Positions 26,702 to 36,000 are shown, counted from the stretch's first letter. The stretch is 64,000 nucleotides of DNA from Dehalococcoidia bacterium (GCA_965220265.1 CBDCPM010000003.1:23673-87672), one strand, 5' to 3'. The notes: generated by a model not told the origin, from the sequence alone. Numbers and translations are program-made.

Positions 26702-26776
26702 GCCGGATGGGGTCTTGCCGCATGGGGTTTTCCCGGATGGAGTTTTCCCGGATGACGTTTTGCCGCATGGGGTTTT
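26702..26776. repeat. 15-bp tandem repeat x5 (GCCGSATGGRGTYTT-like)
   Basis: Units read directly: gccggatggggtctt / gccgcatggggtttt / cccggatggagtttt / cccggatgacgtttt / gccgcatggggtttt. It lies between the uppP stop and the wzy-like start. Confidence 0.9.
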
Positions 26777-26903
26777 TCGGAATTCACGTCGAGCCTCCTC
26801 CCGGCATGATACCGCACCGGCCCGCTCCGCCGGCCCGATCCGCAATGGCGAGCTGACACGCCGTCGGGTATTCCATCTCCATGATGGTCACGACCAGTGA
26901 TGG

Positions 26904-27716
26904 TCAAGACCAGATGGCCCAGGCCAGCGTTGCCAGTCCCAGTACGACGCTCCAGGGAGCGAACCACCGCAGACGGCCGGCCTCGACCCAGGCCACCGTC
27001 CACCGGGCCGTGACCAGGGCGAGGCAGAAGGTGGCCGCGAACACCGCGAACAGCGCCAGTCCCGATTCCCAGTTGGCGAACCACCGGAGCGGTTCCGGCC
27101 AGACCCGCGCCGACCACAGCGCCGCCGCCGCCGCCATCACCAGCGGAGCCAACAGCAGCGACAGGTCGGCGGCGGCCCTCGGCCCCAGCCCCAGGTGCAT
27201 CCCCGCCGCCATCGTCAACCCCTGACGGGACAGGCCCGGCGCGATCGCCAGCGCCTGGGCCAGGCCCATCGCCTGAACCCAGGACAACTCCGGAAGCGCG
27301 CCGGCGTCATGGCGACCGCCCCGGGGCGCGGTCCAAAGCGCCGCGGCGTTGACCAGCATCATCACGCCCAGAAGCCACGCCGACAGCCACCAGCGGTACA
27401 TCGCCGGCTGCGTCAGCGCCAGCAGCAGCGCGGCTCCCGCCGCTCCCGTCACCGCCTCCGCCGCAGCGCAGCGCACCACGAACCGCCTCGCCCCGCCGTC
27501 GCGCCGGACGCTCCGCACCAGGGACCAGCAGGTCCGGCGATGGTACGCCAGCGCCGCCAGCGCCGTGGCCAGGTGCAGCCAGGTGGCCAGCAGCAGCGGC
27601 TCCGCCGGCGCGCCCACGATGATGCCCAGCAGTTCCAGATGGCCGCTGCTGGAAACGGGCAGGAACTCGGTGACGCCCTGCACCACCGCGTAGAGCAGCA
27701 GAACCCAGCCCAGCAT
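26904..27716 (-). CDS. uppP: undecaprenyl-diphosphate phosphatase
   Basis: QGVTEFLPVSSSGHL signature at the N-terminus. Polytopic membrane protein, 270 aa. Confidence 0.85.
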   Translation of the reverse strand: MLGWVLLLYAVVQGVTEFLPVSSSGHLELLGIIVGAPAEPLLLATWLHLATALAALAYHRRTCWSLVRSVRRDGGARRFVVRCAAAEAVTGAAGAALLLALTQPAMYRWWLSAWLLGVMMLVNAAALWTAPRGGRHDAGALPELSWVQAMGLAQALAIAPGLSRQGLTMAAGMHLGLGPRAAADLSLLLAPLVMAAAAALWSARVWPEPLRWFANWESGLALFAVFAATFCLALVTARWTVAWVEAGRLRWFAPWSVVLGLATLAWAIWS

Positions 27717-27734
27717 GTCCGGTGCGTCCCGACG

Positions 27735-28415
27735 CTATCGGCGGCGCAGCCCTCTCTTGATGGGCCGCACCATGCGGTCCGGAAGCATCCTCTTCACCGG
27801 CACGGGGATTTTTGACGCCAGCCGGGCCGCCAGCGGGTGCAGCCTCGCATTCTCCCGGGTCCAGTGCCGCGCCGACGACGACGGCAGGCCGATGAAGTCG
27901 CACAGCAGCTCCGGCGAGTCGCGTTCGATGTCGAAGACCAGCAGGCGGTCCTCCGGGATACCGGCCATCACGCCGCGGTGATGCTCATCCCAGTCCCGCG
28001 ACCATAGCTCCGCCAACTCGTCCGGGTCGCTGGTGCCCCAGCGGGCCTCGAAATAGTCCATCCTCCAGTACCGCCTTTCGGGGTTGTTGGGCAGCATGCT
28101 CCGAATCCAACCCTCCCGACTGCGGGTATTCAGGATGAACCGGGAATTCTCGTAGGTCTCCATCAGCTCCGGCCAGCGCCGGAAACCGTCGAACCAGGCG
28201 TGCGGCGTCGAGTACTCCATGTGGGTGAACGCGTCGAAGCGCTCGTAGCCGCGGAGCAGCGGGAGCCCCTCGCCCAGATTGCGCTCCATGGTGCGCCCGA
28301 GACGGCCCCAGTCAAAATGCACCGCCGGGATGCCGTTGCGATTGAAAAAAGCCGCGATCGAGGTGGTGCCGCACCGCTTGAACCCGATCTGGAAGTACTT
28401 GGTAGGCTCGTCCAT
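27735..28415 (-). CDS. sulfotransferase, paralogue A (KCGTTS-type P-loop)
   Basis: MDEPTKYFQIGFKRCGTTSIAAFFNRNGIPAVHFD...FILNTRSREGWIRSM. ATG 28415 was chosen by alignment with paralogues B and C. The ORF track starts at TTG 28454. Confidence 0.75.
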   Translation of the reverse strand: MDEPTKYFQIGFKRCGTTSIAAFFNRNGIPAVHFDWGRLGRTMERNLGEGLPLLRGYERFDAFTHMEYSTPHAWFDGFRRWPELMETYENSRFILNTRSREGWIRSMLPNNPERRYWRMDYFEARWGTSDPDELAELWSRDWDEHHRGVMAGIPEDRLLVFDIERDSPELLCDFIGLPSSSARHWTRENARLHPLAARLASKIPVPVKRMLPDRMVRPIKRGLRRR

Positions 28416-28564
28416 TTCCCACTCGCGCTCCTGGTATCGTGAATGTTTCGCCAATCCGAATTTCCTGCCAGCCTGAAGTATCGCACCGGCGTAATTGATA
28501 ATGATAGCCGACCGCTTCCACCCAGGGCCGCCCGCGGGTGCGGGGCATCACCGCAAGCACGGCG

Positions 28565-29908
28565 TCAGGCCACGCTCCTCCGCGCTCCGGCGGCAAGGAG
28601 ACGTTTCCCCGATTTCCACACTCGGGCCACGTCATTGGGCCGCAGCAGGAACACGGCCGAGTAGGGCAGCCCCGTCGCTCGACGGAACATATGGGTCAGG
28701 AAAAGGCCGCGGGCCAGCATCCCGGCGGTCAGGGCCCAGGCCGCGCCCGTGATTCCCGCCTCCGGAAATGCCAGGAACAACAGCCCCACGTTGGCGCACA
28801 GGCCCACCCACATGGCCCAGGAGGCCACGCCGGGCCGGTTGGTGCCCCGGAAGTAGGTCCCGCATACCTGCGAAACCGCGGCGCCCGCCACTCCCACCGA
28901 CATGATCCAGATCAGCGGCACCACCGTCGAGAAGGATTCCGACAGCAGCAGCGGCACCAACGGGACGCTGACCACGCAGCCGGCCAGCAACAGCGCGCCG
29001 GTGGCCCAGACGGACACCCGGCAGCAGAAAGCAGCGTGCTGCGGGCGTCCCGCCTGGTCGGCCGCCACCCGGGGCAGCAGGTACGTGCTGATCGACTTTG
29101 ATGCTATCAGCGCCTCGGTGACCAGCCCCACCCCCACCACGAACAGCCCGATGTCCCCCGGGGCCGCCATGAGTCCCAGCACAAGCCCGCTGACCCGATA
29201 CTCCAGCGCCGAGCCAATCTTCACCACGTACAGGCGCAGTCCATATCGCAATACCCAACCCACCGCTTCCCGCGAGGGAATCTGGAAACGCAGCCCGCAA
29301 TTGCGGCGCAGGTCGAACACTCCGATCGTCAGCATGGCCGCCTGCCCCAGCGCCAGCGCGCCGATGGCGCCGTTGACCCCCATGCCCAGGCCCCACACCA
29401 GCGCCGCGGTCGATAAGACGACCGTGCCCGCGCGAACCAGTGTGAACCCGGCCAGCTGGAGGAATCGACGCAGGCCGGCAATCTGGCGCTGGGTGGTCGC
29501 CATCAGCGTCGATAGCGGTATCAGAACCAGCGCCAGGTAAAACGACGCCGGATCCGCCTTTCCGAAGAGGGCCAGGCCGCTGTGGATCAGAGGCAGCGCC
29601 GCCGCCACGGCCAGCCCGCTGCCAATCAGGCAGATGGCGAACCCCGCGGAGACGCCCTGCGACACGCTGAGCCGGGTCGACATCACGAAATACTGGGATC
29701 CCCGGTCCGAACCGGGGGTGGTGGCCACCCCCGCCAGGAGGGCGAACAGCACGCACAGGGCGTAGGCTCCCCGGCCCTCGGGCAACAGCGCGTAGGCCAG
29801 CAGGCTCTGCGTGCCCACCGAGAATCCCAGCATCAGGATCCGGGTGGCCAGGAGAATCACAACCTCCTGGCGTCCGCGCAGATGTCCTGGCGTCGTCCCT
29901 GCGGTCAT
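28565..29908 (-). CDS. wzx: Wzx-like polysaccharide flippase (MOP superfamily)
   Basis: 447 aa with about 12 TM helices and the layout typical of the polysaccharide biosynthesis protein family. The overlapping 452-aa ORF in another frame is R/G/P-rich and was rejected. Confidence 0.7.
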   Translation of the reverse strand: MTAGTTPGHLRGRQEVVILLATRILMLGFSVGTQSLLAYALLPEGRGAYALCVLFALLAGVATTPGSDRGSQYFVMSTRLSVSQGVSAGFAICLIGSGLAVAAALPLIHSGLALFGKADPASFYLALVLIPLSTLMATTQRQIAGLRRFLQLAGFTLVRAGTVVLSTAALVWGLGMGVNGAIGALALGQAAMLTIGVFDLRRNCGLRFQIPSREAVGWVLRYGLRLYVVKIGSALEYRVSGLVLGLMAAPGDIGLFVVGVGLVTEALIASKSISTYLLPRVAADQAGRPQHAAFCCRVSVWATGALLLAGCVVSVPLVPLLLSESFSTVVPLIWIMSVGVAGAAVSQVCGTYFRGTNRPGVASWAMWVGLCANVGLLFLAFPEAGITGAAWALTAGMLARGLFLTHMFRRATGLPYSAVFLLRPNDVARVWKSGKRLLAAGARRSVA

Positions 29909-29996
29909 GGGCTTGGCCAGGGCCAGGGCACTGACATGTTCCCCGGGCCGGCCCCGCCGCCGGGCGACTCCGCACCAATGTCTCCCGCAAGCCCGC

Positions 29997-30695
29997 TCAA
30001 TCCTGGCGACGACGCAGCCATCGCTTCACCGGATGCTTGATCCTACTGGGAACGGCCCGTTTCGCGGCAATCGGCACCAACCTGGATAGGGCCGCGCCGA
30101 CCGGAGTCAGGGAAGGGTTTGCCTGCGTGTAGTGGCGCGAGCCTTCCGGCGGCAGCCCGGCGAACCGGCACAAAAGCGCCGGGTCGTCCCGCTCGATATC
30201 GAAGACCAGCAGCCGCTCCGCGGGTATGTCGGCAATTACGTCACGGTGGTGGGCGTCCCACTCCTCGCGCCAGAGGTCGCTCAGCTCCTCCATGTCGGTG
30301 GTGCCGTACCTCCACCGGTGGTACTGCTCCTTGATCACCTTCTGGGCGCCTGGCCGCACGGCGTAGCTGACCATGCTGCGGATCCAGCGTTCCTGGTCCC
30401 GGGTGTTCAGAATAAACCTGGCATCCTCGTAGGCCGCCATCATCTCAGCATAATGTCTGTATCCCTCGAAGTAGTCCCGGGAGTCGTAGTACTCCATGTT
30501 GGTGAATGCCTGGTAACGGTCGTCGTAACCGGCCAGCAGCGGCACGCCCCGCCGGTGGTTCCGCTGCATGCGGCGCCCCAGCCGGCCATCGTCGTAGTGC
30601 ACGCTCGGGATGCCGTTTCGACTGAAGAAGGCGGATATTGAGGTCGTCCCGCACTTCCGGAATCCAACCTGAAAATAACGTGGGCTTCCGACCAT
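29997..30695 (-). CDS. sulfotransferase, paralogue B
   Basis: MVGSPRYFQVGFRKCGTTSISAFFSRNGIPSVHYD.... AAGGAG lies 7 nt upstream of ATG 30695. The ORF-track N-terminal extension was rejected. Confidence 0.8.
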   Translation of the reverse strand: MVGSPRYFQVGFRKCGTTSISAFFSRNGIPSVHYDDGRLGRRMQRNHRRGVPLLAGYDDRYQAFTNMEYYDSRDYFEGYRHYAEMMAAYEDARFILNTRDQERWIRSMVSYAVRPGAQKVIKEQYHRWRYGTTDMEELSDLWREEWDAHHRDVIADIPAERLLVFDIERDDPALLCRFAGLPPEGSRHYTQANPSLTPVGAALSRLVPIAAKRAVPSRIKHPVKRWLRRRQD

Positions 30696-30710
30696 GGTTC
30701 GCTCCTTTTC

Positions 30711-30754
30711 TCGATGCCTCATTTGTCGATGCCTCAGCTGTAGTCGATGCCCCA
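30711..30754. repeat. three direct copies of TCGATGCC(T/C)CA, 15-18 bp apart, in the 5' leader of sulfotransferase B
   Basis: Read directly at 30711-30721, 30726-30736 and 30744-30754. Confidence 0.8.
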
Positions 30755-30900
30755 GCCATACCGGTATTCGATGGTCCGAACGCAGCGCGGCTGCGCCGAC
30801 ACCGGGCGGACCCACCCCCACGTTGCCGCGGACGAATCGCCGCCCATTGCACCGAAAAGTCCCTCCGGCCACCGGTCCCGACCGTTGGACTCCTCCGGTC

Positions 30901-32025
30901 TCAGTTGCGGCGGCAAAGATCGTCGATGGCTGCCTTCAGACGTTCGCCCTCGTCGGTGAGGGAGTAGACATACGGCTCCAGCGCCGACAGGTTGGCGCGC
31001 CATTTCGCCCAGTCCAGCGGCGAGATTTCGCCCAGCTCCACGGCCGCGTCCCCGGCGTCCGGCGACCGGAGGACGATCCCGATGTCATGCTCGGCTATCC
31101 GCGCCGCGTCCCCGCTGCCGGCGCGCGCCACCAGGGGCACCCCGAACAGGCAACCGTCATAGAACCGGTTGGTTACTGACCAGGCGTGGGGGACCTCCGG
31201 CGGTTTGCCGGCCATCACCAGGTCAACCCTCCCGTACAGGTCCGGCAGATCATCCGGGTGGCGGTACGGTCCGATGTATTCCAGATTGGGGTTGGCGGCC
31301 AGCCGCGCATCGAATCCCCGGACCGCCGTGCCCGGCAGACCCGCCAGCAACGCGGTGTACCGGTCCGGCGCGGCCCTGGTCAGATGGTCCAGCACCTCCA
31401 GCGTCCATTCGTCGCGCAACATCCCGAACCATCCCACCCGAATCGGGCCATCGTGCGGATGGGGGTTGGCCCCTGCCGCAGCGGACGAGGCGGAGGCCAG
31501 CTCGATCAGGACCTCCTCAGCCTTGTTCTCGATCACGAGGCCGGGCGTCTTCACTCCCAACCATCCCCGGTAATACCGGAAGTAATTCTCCGTGGTCAAC
31601 ACCAGGAGACCGCAGTGGTTGACGACCAGACGATCCAGCAGCCGCACCGCCCCTCCCGTCACCCCGCCGGCGGTCTGCACTCCCATGACGTCCGCCACCT
31701 CGATGGCCACCGGGCGGCCCAGTCCCCACCCGGCGATGCCAGCCAGTCCGGCCAGGTCCGGAGCGAACGCGTAGGCCGCATCGCAGCCCCGCAGGGCTGC
31801 CCGGACCGCCGGCACCGCGCGCAGCAGCGGCGCAGCTCGGGACCAGTATCGGCCATTGGGGATATCATCCAGCACTACCACCGGGCAGGACAGGTCTCGA
31901 GACCGGTGGGACCTTCTGGTGAATGCCAACGCTGCGACGTCATAACCCCCCTCCCGCAGCATATCGATGCGCCTGGCGTGCAGCGATGTGTGCAGATTGG
32001 GCAACAGGCAAAGGATTTTGGGCAT
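30901..32025 (-). CDS. GT-B fold glycosyltransferase (group 1-like)
   Basis: 374 aa. Two-Rossmann layout with a C-terminal half (VGWFGMLRDEW...YIGPY...DLVMAG...NRFYDGCLFGVPLV) like GT4-type enzymes. The assignment is weaker than for the GT2. Confidence 0.6.
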   Translation of the reverse strand: MPKILCLLPNLHTSLHARRIDMLREGGYDVAALAFTRRSHRSRDLSCPVVVLDDIPNGRYWSRAAPLLRAVPAVRAALRGCDAAYAFAPDLAGLAGIAGWGLGRPVAIEVADVMGVQTAGGVTGGAVRLLDRLVVNHCGLLVLTTENYFRYYRGWLGVKTPGLVIENKAEEVLIELASASSAAAGANPHPHDGPIRVGWFGMLRDEWTLEVLDHLTRAAPDRYTALLAGLPGTAVRGFDARLAANPNLEYIGPYRHPDDLPDLYGRVDLVMAGKPPEVPHAWSVTNRFYDGCLFGVPLVARAGSGDAARIAEHDIGIVLRSPDAGDAAVELGEISPLDWAKWRANLSALEPYVYSLTDEGERLKAAIDDLCRRN

Positions 32026-32429
32026 TCGTCAAACCTATTTCAGAACGCGGCGGCGCTCAGCGGAGAGTATATTCACCAGTCTGCAAAGATCAAATCAAGG
32101 GTGTTGGTTTACCGGGTGTTGGTTGATCGAATTGACCAGCGCGCGGTCTGGACCGAAGATCAATATCGCGACTCCTCCAGGATCCGAAGATCCGCCGCGG
32201 GATGCGCCCCCAAGGGCAGGACGCCCCACGCCGCCAGGCAATGTTGCACCCATACCCACATCCACATCGATGTGCTTCAACCTAAACCAAAGCCAAGGTG
32301 GGATGTACATTTAAGTGGCGATGATGATCAGCTGGGTTGCGCTGGTGAATCCCTCCCATCCGTACTTGGAGAATTACCCGGCTCCGTCGTGTTACCCCCA
32401 CCATCTGCGCATTTCACCTTGGTATTAGT

Positions 32430-33122
32430 TTAGTAGTGACGCAACCACCGTTTCAACCGATGCTTGACTCTTCCGGGAACGGCCCGTTTCACGGCCATCG
32501 GCACGTATCTCGATACGACGGTCCCATATCGGCCCAGCGACGCGTTCTCCCGCCCGTAGTGCCGGGCGCACTCCGCCGGCAGGCCGGCGAACCGGCACAA
32601 AAGCGCCGGGTCGTCCCGCCCAATGTCGAACACCAGCAGCCGTTGTGCGGGAATGTCGGCCAGCACGTTCCGGTGGTGGGCATCCCACTCCTCCCGCCAG
32701 TGATCGCAGATGGCGTCCAGATCGGCGGTGCCGTACTTCCACTGGTAGTACTGCTCCTTGACCGCCCGGTGAGGGTCCTGCCTCAGGGCGAATGCCGCCA
32801 TGCTGCGAATCCAGCCCTCCCGGTCCCGGGTGTTGAGAATGAACCTGGCGTCCTCGTAGTCTTGCATGATTTCCGGATATAGCTTGTATCCCGCAAAATC
32901 GTCCCGGGCGGTGAAGTATTCCATGTTGGTGAAGGCCTGATACCGGTCATCGTATCCGGTGAGCAACGGTATGCCCCGCAGTTGGTTCCGCTGCATCGTG
33001 CGACCCAATCGGCCCTGGTCGTAGTGTACGCACGGAATCCCGTTGCGATTGAAAAAGGCGGCAATTGAGGTGGTGCCGCATTTCATGAACCCAATCTGGA
33101 AGTATCGGGGACGACCGACCAT
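32430..33122 (-). CDS. sulfotransferase, paralogue C
   Basis: MVGRPRYFQIGFMKCGTTSIAAFFNRNGIPCVHYD.... Collinear with paralogue B along its whole length, including the basic C-terminal tail. Confidence 0.8.
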   Translation of the reverse strand: MVGRPRYFQIGFMKCGTTSIAAFFNRNGIPCVHYDQGRLGRTMQRNQLRGIPLLTGYDDRYQAFTNMEYFTARDDFAGYKLYPEIMQDYEDARFILNTRDREGWIRSMAAFALRQDPHRAVKEQYYQWKYGTADLDAICDHWREEWDAHHRNVLADIPAQRLLVFDIGRDDPALLCRFAGLPAECARHYGRENASLGRYGTVVSRYVPMAVKRAVPGRVKHRLKRWLRHY

Positions 33123-33289
33123 GTTCCACTCCTGCCGCTGGGGTTCAATTCCGATTGGTTCCCGGTTGCTGCCCCAGCGGATGGCTACTCCCCTGCTCGG
33201 GTTCAGATTATCAGAGATTCAGGCGGAGCGCCCGCCGGTGTGGACGCTCCGCCCGGTCTGCGCATCTTCTCCCGGGCGCTGCCGCCCCC

Positions 33290-34080
33290 GGCCCCGAGAT
33301 TGCCGACCCTATCGTCGACTTGGGTCAGGCGGCGAACGCCTGGGGAGCTCATCGCCAGCGCGTGAGGGCTGGCCAGCGTTCCGGTCGCCCTGCCGGATTC
33401 CCGAGGTTCAAGCGCCGGAGGCATGAGCAGGGCTTTCGCGCCGACAATGGACCGGACACCGTGCGCGTGGACGACAAGGTTGTGATCCTGCCGAAGATCG
33501 GCAAGGTCGCCATGGTGGAGCATCCGCGGTTCGCCGGATCCATCCGCGAGGTTACGGTCGACCGGACGCCTGGGACGTGGTTCGCCCGTTGCTGCGTCGA
33601 GGCTGGCGAGGGGCTGTCGGCGGTGCAGTCGGGGCCGACCATCGGCAGTGACGTGGGCGTTGGCCTGATGGCGACGTGCTCGGATGGCACCACGGTTGAG
33701 AATCCGAAAGCGCTGGACAGCGGCATCAAGCGACTGCGGCGACCAGACCGGGCCATCGCCCGCAGTAGGAACGTCCACGGCCGCGGCAATCACTCCAACC
33801 GGCTGTCCAGAGCGATTGCCGACGCTGGGATGGCCGGGTTCCCGGCCAAGCTGGGGTCCAAGTGCACGTGGTATGGCGCCGAGTTCGTGAAGGCGGACCG
33901 GTGGTTCGCCTCGTCGAAGTTGTGCGCTCACTGTGGCTGGAAGAACGATGACCTGCATCTCCGTTACCGTCAATGGCGGTGCGGTGGATGCGGCGCGTTG
34001 AACGAAACTGATCACAACGCCGCGATGCATTTAAGCAACTGGCCGGGTTTGAGCTTCCCGGTGTCAGGACACGGAGACCG
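33290..34080 (+). pseudogene. tnpB: IS200/IS605-family TnpB (OrfB) remnant: N-terminally truncated, with an internal deletion removing the RuvC-II segment
   Basis: GFPRFKRRRHEQGF...VILPKIGKV...IGSDVGVGLMAT (RuvC-I Asp), then HSNRLSRAIADAGMAGF jumps straight to the AGW-like motif. After that come WFASSKLCAHCGW...WRCGGCGALNETDHNAAMHL (zinc ribbon plus RuvC-III). Confidence 0.75.
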
Positions 34081-34716
34081 TGTAAGTCCGGCAACGCCGG
34101 CAGTGGTCGGCGAAGCGTCAACGGCCGCGCCTGGACAATCGCCAATCGAGAGCTTGGAGCAGACTGGATAGGTTAGCGTAGGTTTTGAACAGCGGGACGA
34201 CGTGAACACGGTGGTCGATGCCATCAGCCACCGCGAGCCGGCGCAGGACTGCACGGCCCGCGGCATCCCGCAAGAGAAGGTCCCGCCCGAGGAAGAGCTC
34301 GCGCACCGGCTCAAAACCCAACTGGAGACCATCAAGATCATCGGCTTGAAGCTCTATCCAAACCGGCAGGTCCACCAGGACTGCTGGCTCATCCGCTCCC
34401 TTCGTTCACGCCGGCGCGAGACATGCGCCGGCGGGCCGGAGATCCAGCACCGATAGGCTGCCTTCGCGGAACCTGCTGGCCAGCAACGACGGACGTATCG
34501 TAGGCAACGAGCAGCGCAACCTGCCTGGTACGTCCACTGCGGGCGGGGACAGTTCGTCCGCCGCACCGCCCGCAACGGTAAGACCATTTTATGTACTCCG
34601 CCCTTGGGAACATAAGGGGCAAGTGTCACCAAAATGCGAGCAACCGGCCGCGGGTCGGGGAGGCGCCGCGGCGGGTTACAATGGCGACAGCCATTCTCCC
34701 CCAGGAGCGTCCAACT

Positions 34717-34881
34717 ATGACCACCCCGTCCGAACCCGTGGAGATTTACTGCGTCAAGTGCAAGGTCAGGACCGCCTCCCGCGACATCGAGGCCGTCACC
34801 ATGAAGAACGGCCGGCCCGCCACCCGGTCCACCTGCGCGGACTGCGGCACCAGGAAGTTCCGTATCGGCGTCCTGCCCTGA
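34717..34881 (+). CDS. small zinc-ribbon protein (DUF5679-like)
   Basis: MTTPSEPVEIYCVKCKVRTASRDIEAVTMKNGRPATRSTCADCGTRKFRIG. The CxxC...CxxC pattern with MKNGRPA matches my recollection of DUF5679. Confidence 0.6.
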   Translation: MTTPSEPVEIYCVKCKVRTASRDIEAVTMKNGRPATRSTCADCGTRKFRIGVLP

Positions 34882-35739
34882 CCGGCTCGCTCATCCCGGC
34901 AGCATGGCGCTTGACCTGGGCCTCACCACATATCAGCTGCTGTCCGCACTGGACGGCCTGGCCCCGAACATCCAGAGCCGCCGCCGGCGCCTGGACGACG
35001 CCATCGACCGGGCGCTCGCCGTGCCCGCCGGCGGGGCGGCCTTCCGCACCGCCGCGGTGGGACGCCGTCCCTACATCTCCGCCCGCACCGGCCCCGAGGG
35101 CCTGCTGGGCAGCCGGCCGCCCCCGGAGGTTCCCCAGGACTGGACCGCGCTGTCCGTGGACGGCTCCCACATCGACGTGGACCGCCACCTGGCCGGTGCC
35201 CCACGGTGTGACGCGAGAGACGTAGCGCGGGGACGCCGCCAGGATCTTGACGCTGGTTTTCCCGTCCCGCCGGTGGATCAGGCCTGTCGGCGGGTCCAGT
35301 TCCAAGCCCAAGTCGAGCCACCGCTCGTACTGGTGGTCCCTGATCTGGACCTCGTAGTCCACGTTGTCGCCGCTGACGGTGTCCCACTCCATGGTGAGCG
35401 CGTCGGGATAGTGGCGGTCGTTCCAGCCGCCCAGCAGGTTGCCGGGAGTGTCGGGGATCACCACGATGGAAACCTTGCGGTGGTCCGTCGTCGCCGTTTC
35501 TCCCACACGCATTACAAACAGGTTGACGACTCTTTCCCGCCGCCGGGCGCTCCGGACTCCGGCCCGGTCAGCCCATCCCACTGCCGCCCGCCTAAACAAC
35601 TCCGTAGGCGCTAACCACGGCGACATCCCCGCCGTTGGAACGGGCGTCCCGTTTGTGCGACAATTGCCCCGGCGGGCCGGTTTGCGCCCGTGCTCAGTAC
35701 GGGCAACCCCACCGTAGACTTTCCGCCGTGGAGGAGCCG

Positions 35740-36000
35740 ATGGCGGAGCGACGGAAACCCATCGTCACCGAGCTGGCCCTGGCCGACGCTTTGGACCAGC
35801 TGGTCAATCTGATCGAGGAGCTCAGGGCCGACGCTGACCTTCGCGTTCAGATCACCACCGATGAGACCGAGTTGGTTAAGCTGACCTTCTCCGGCACCCC
35901 AGACATGGGCTTTCCGCTGCAGCGGGAGGTCCGCTCCATTCCCGCCGAGATCGTTCGCCGTGTCTGGAACGAGGACCTGCGGTACTACGAGATCGTATAG
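35740..36000 (+). CDS. conserved small hypothetical protein, copy 1 (86 aa)
   Basis: MAERRKPIVTELALADALDQLVNLIEELRADADLRVQITTDETELVKLTFSGTPDMGFPLQREVRSIPAEIVRRVWNEDLRYYEIV. GGAGGAG lies just upstream. A paralogue lies at 37643. Confidence 0.7.
   Translation: MAERRKPIVTELALADALDQLVNLIEELRADADLRVQITTDETELVKLTFSGTPDMGFPLQREVRSIPAEIVRRVWNEDLRYYEIV

Noticed and set aside
30696-30872. N-terminal extension of sulfotransferase B (ORF-track start at 30872), and likewise TTG 28454 for paralogue A.
   Set aside because: Alignment of the three paralogues and the AAGGAG/GGAG sites support the internal ATGs at 30695 and 28415.
34118-34456. 84/85-aa ORFs on both strands just after the TnpB relic.
   Set aside because: Neither has a recognisable family or a start context. 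They overlap each other and may be relic or RNA-coding sequence of the IS605-type element.
34904-35512. Two converging fragments. The plus-strand MALDLGLTTYQLLSALDGL...WTALSVDGSHIDVDRHL is possibly the N-terminus of a NurA-like nuclease. The minus-strand MRVGETATTDHRKVSIVVIPDTPGNLLGGW...YEVQIRDHQYERW is an FN3-like piece.
   Set aside because: The similarities are too short and vague to call. Both frames dissolve into low-complexity sequence where they meet (about 35.2 kb). They are probably gene debris.
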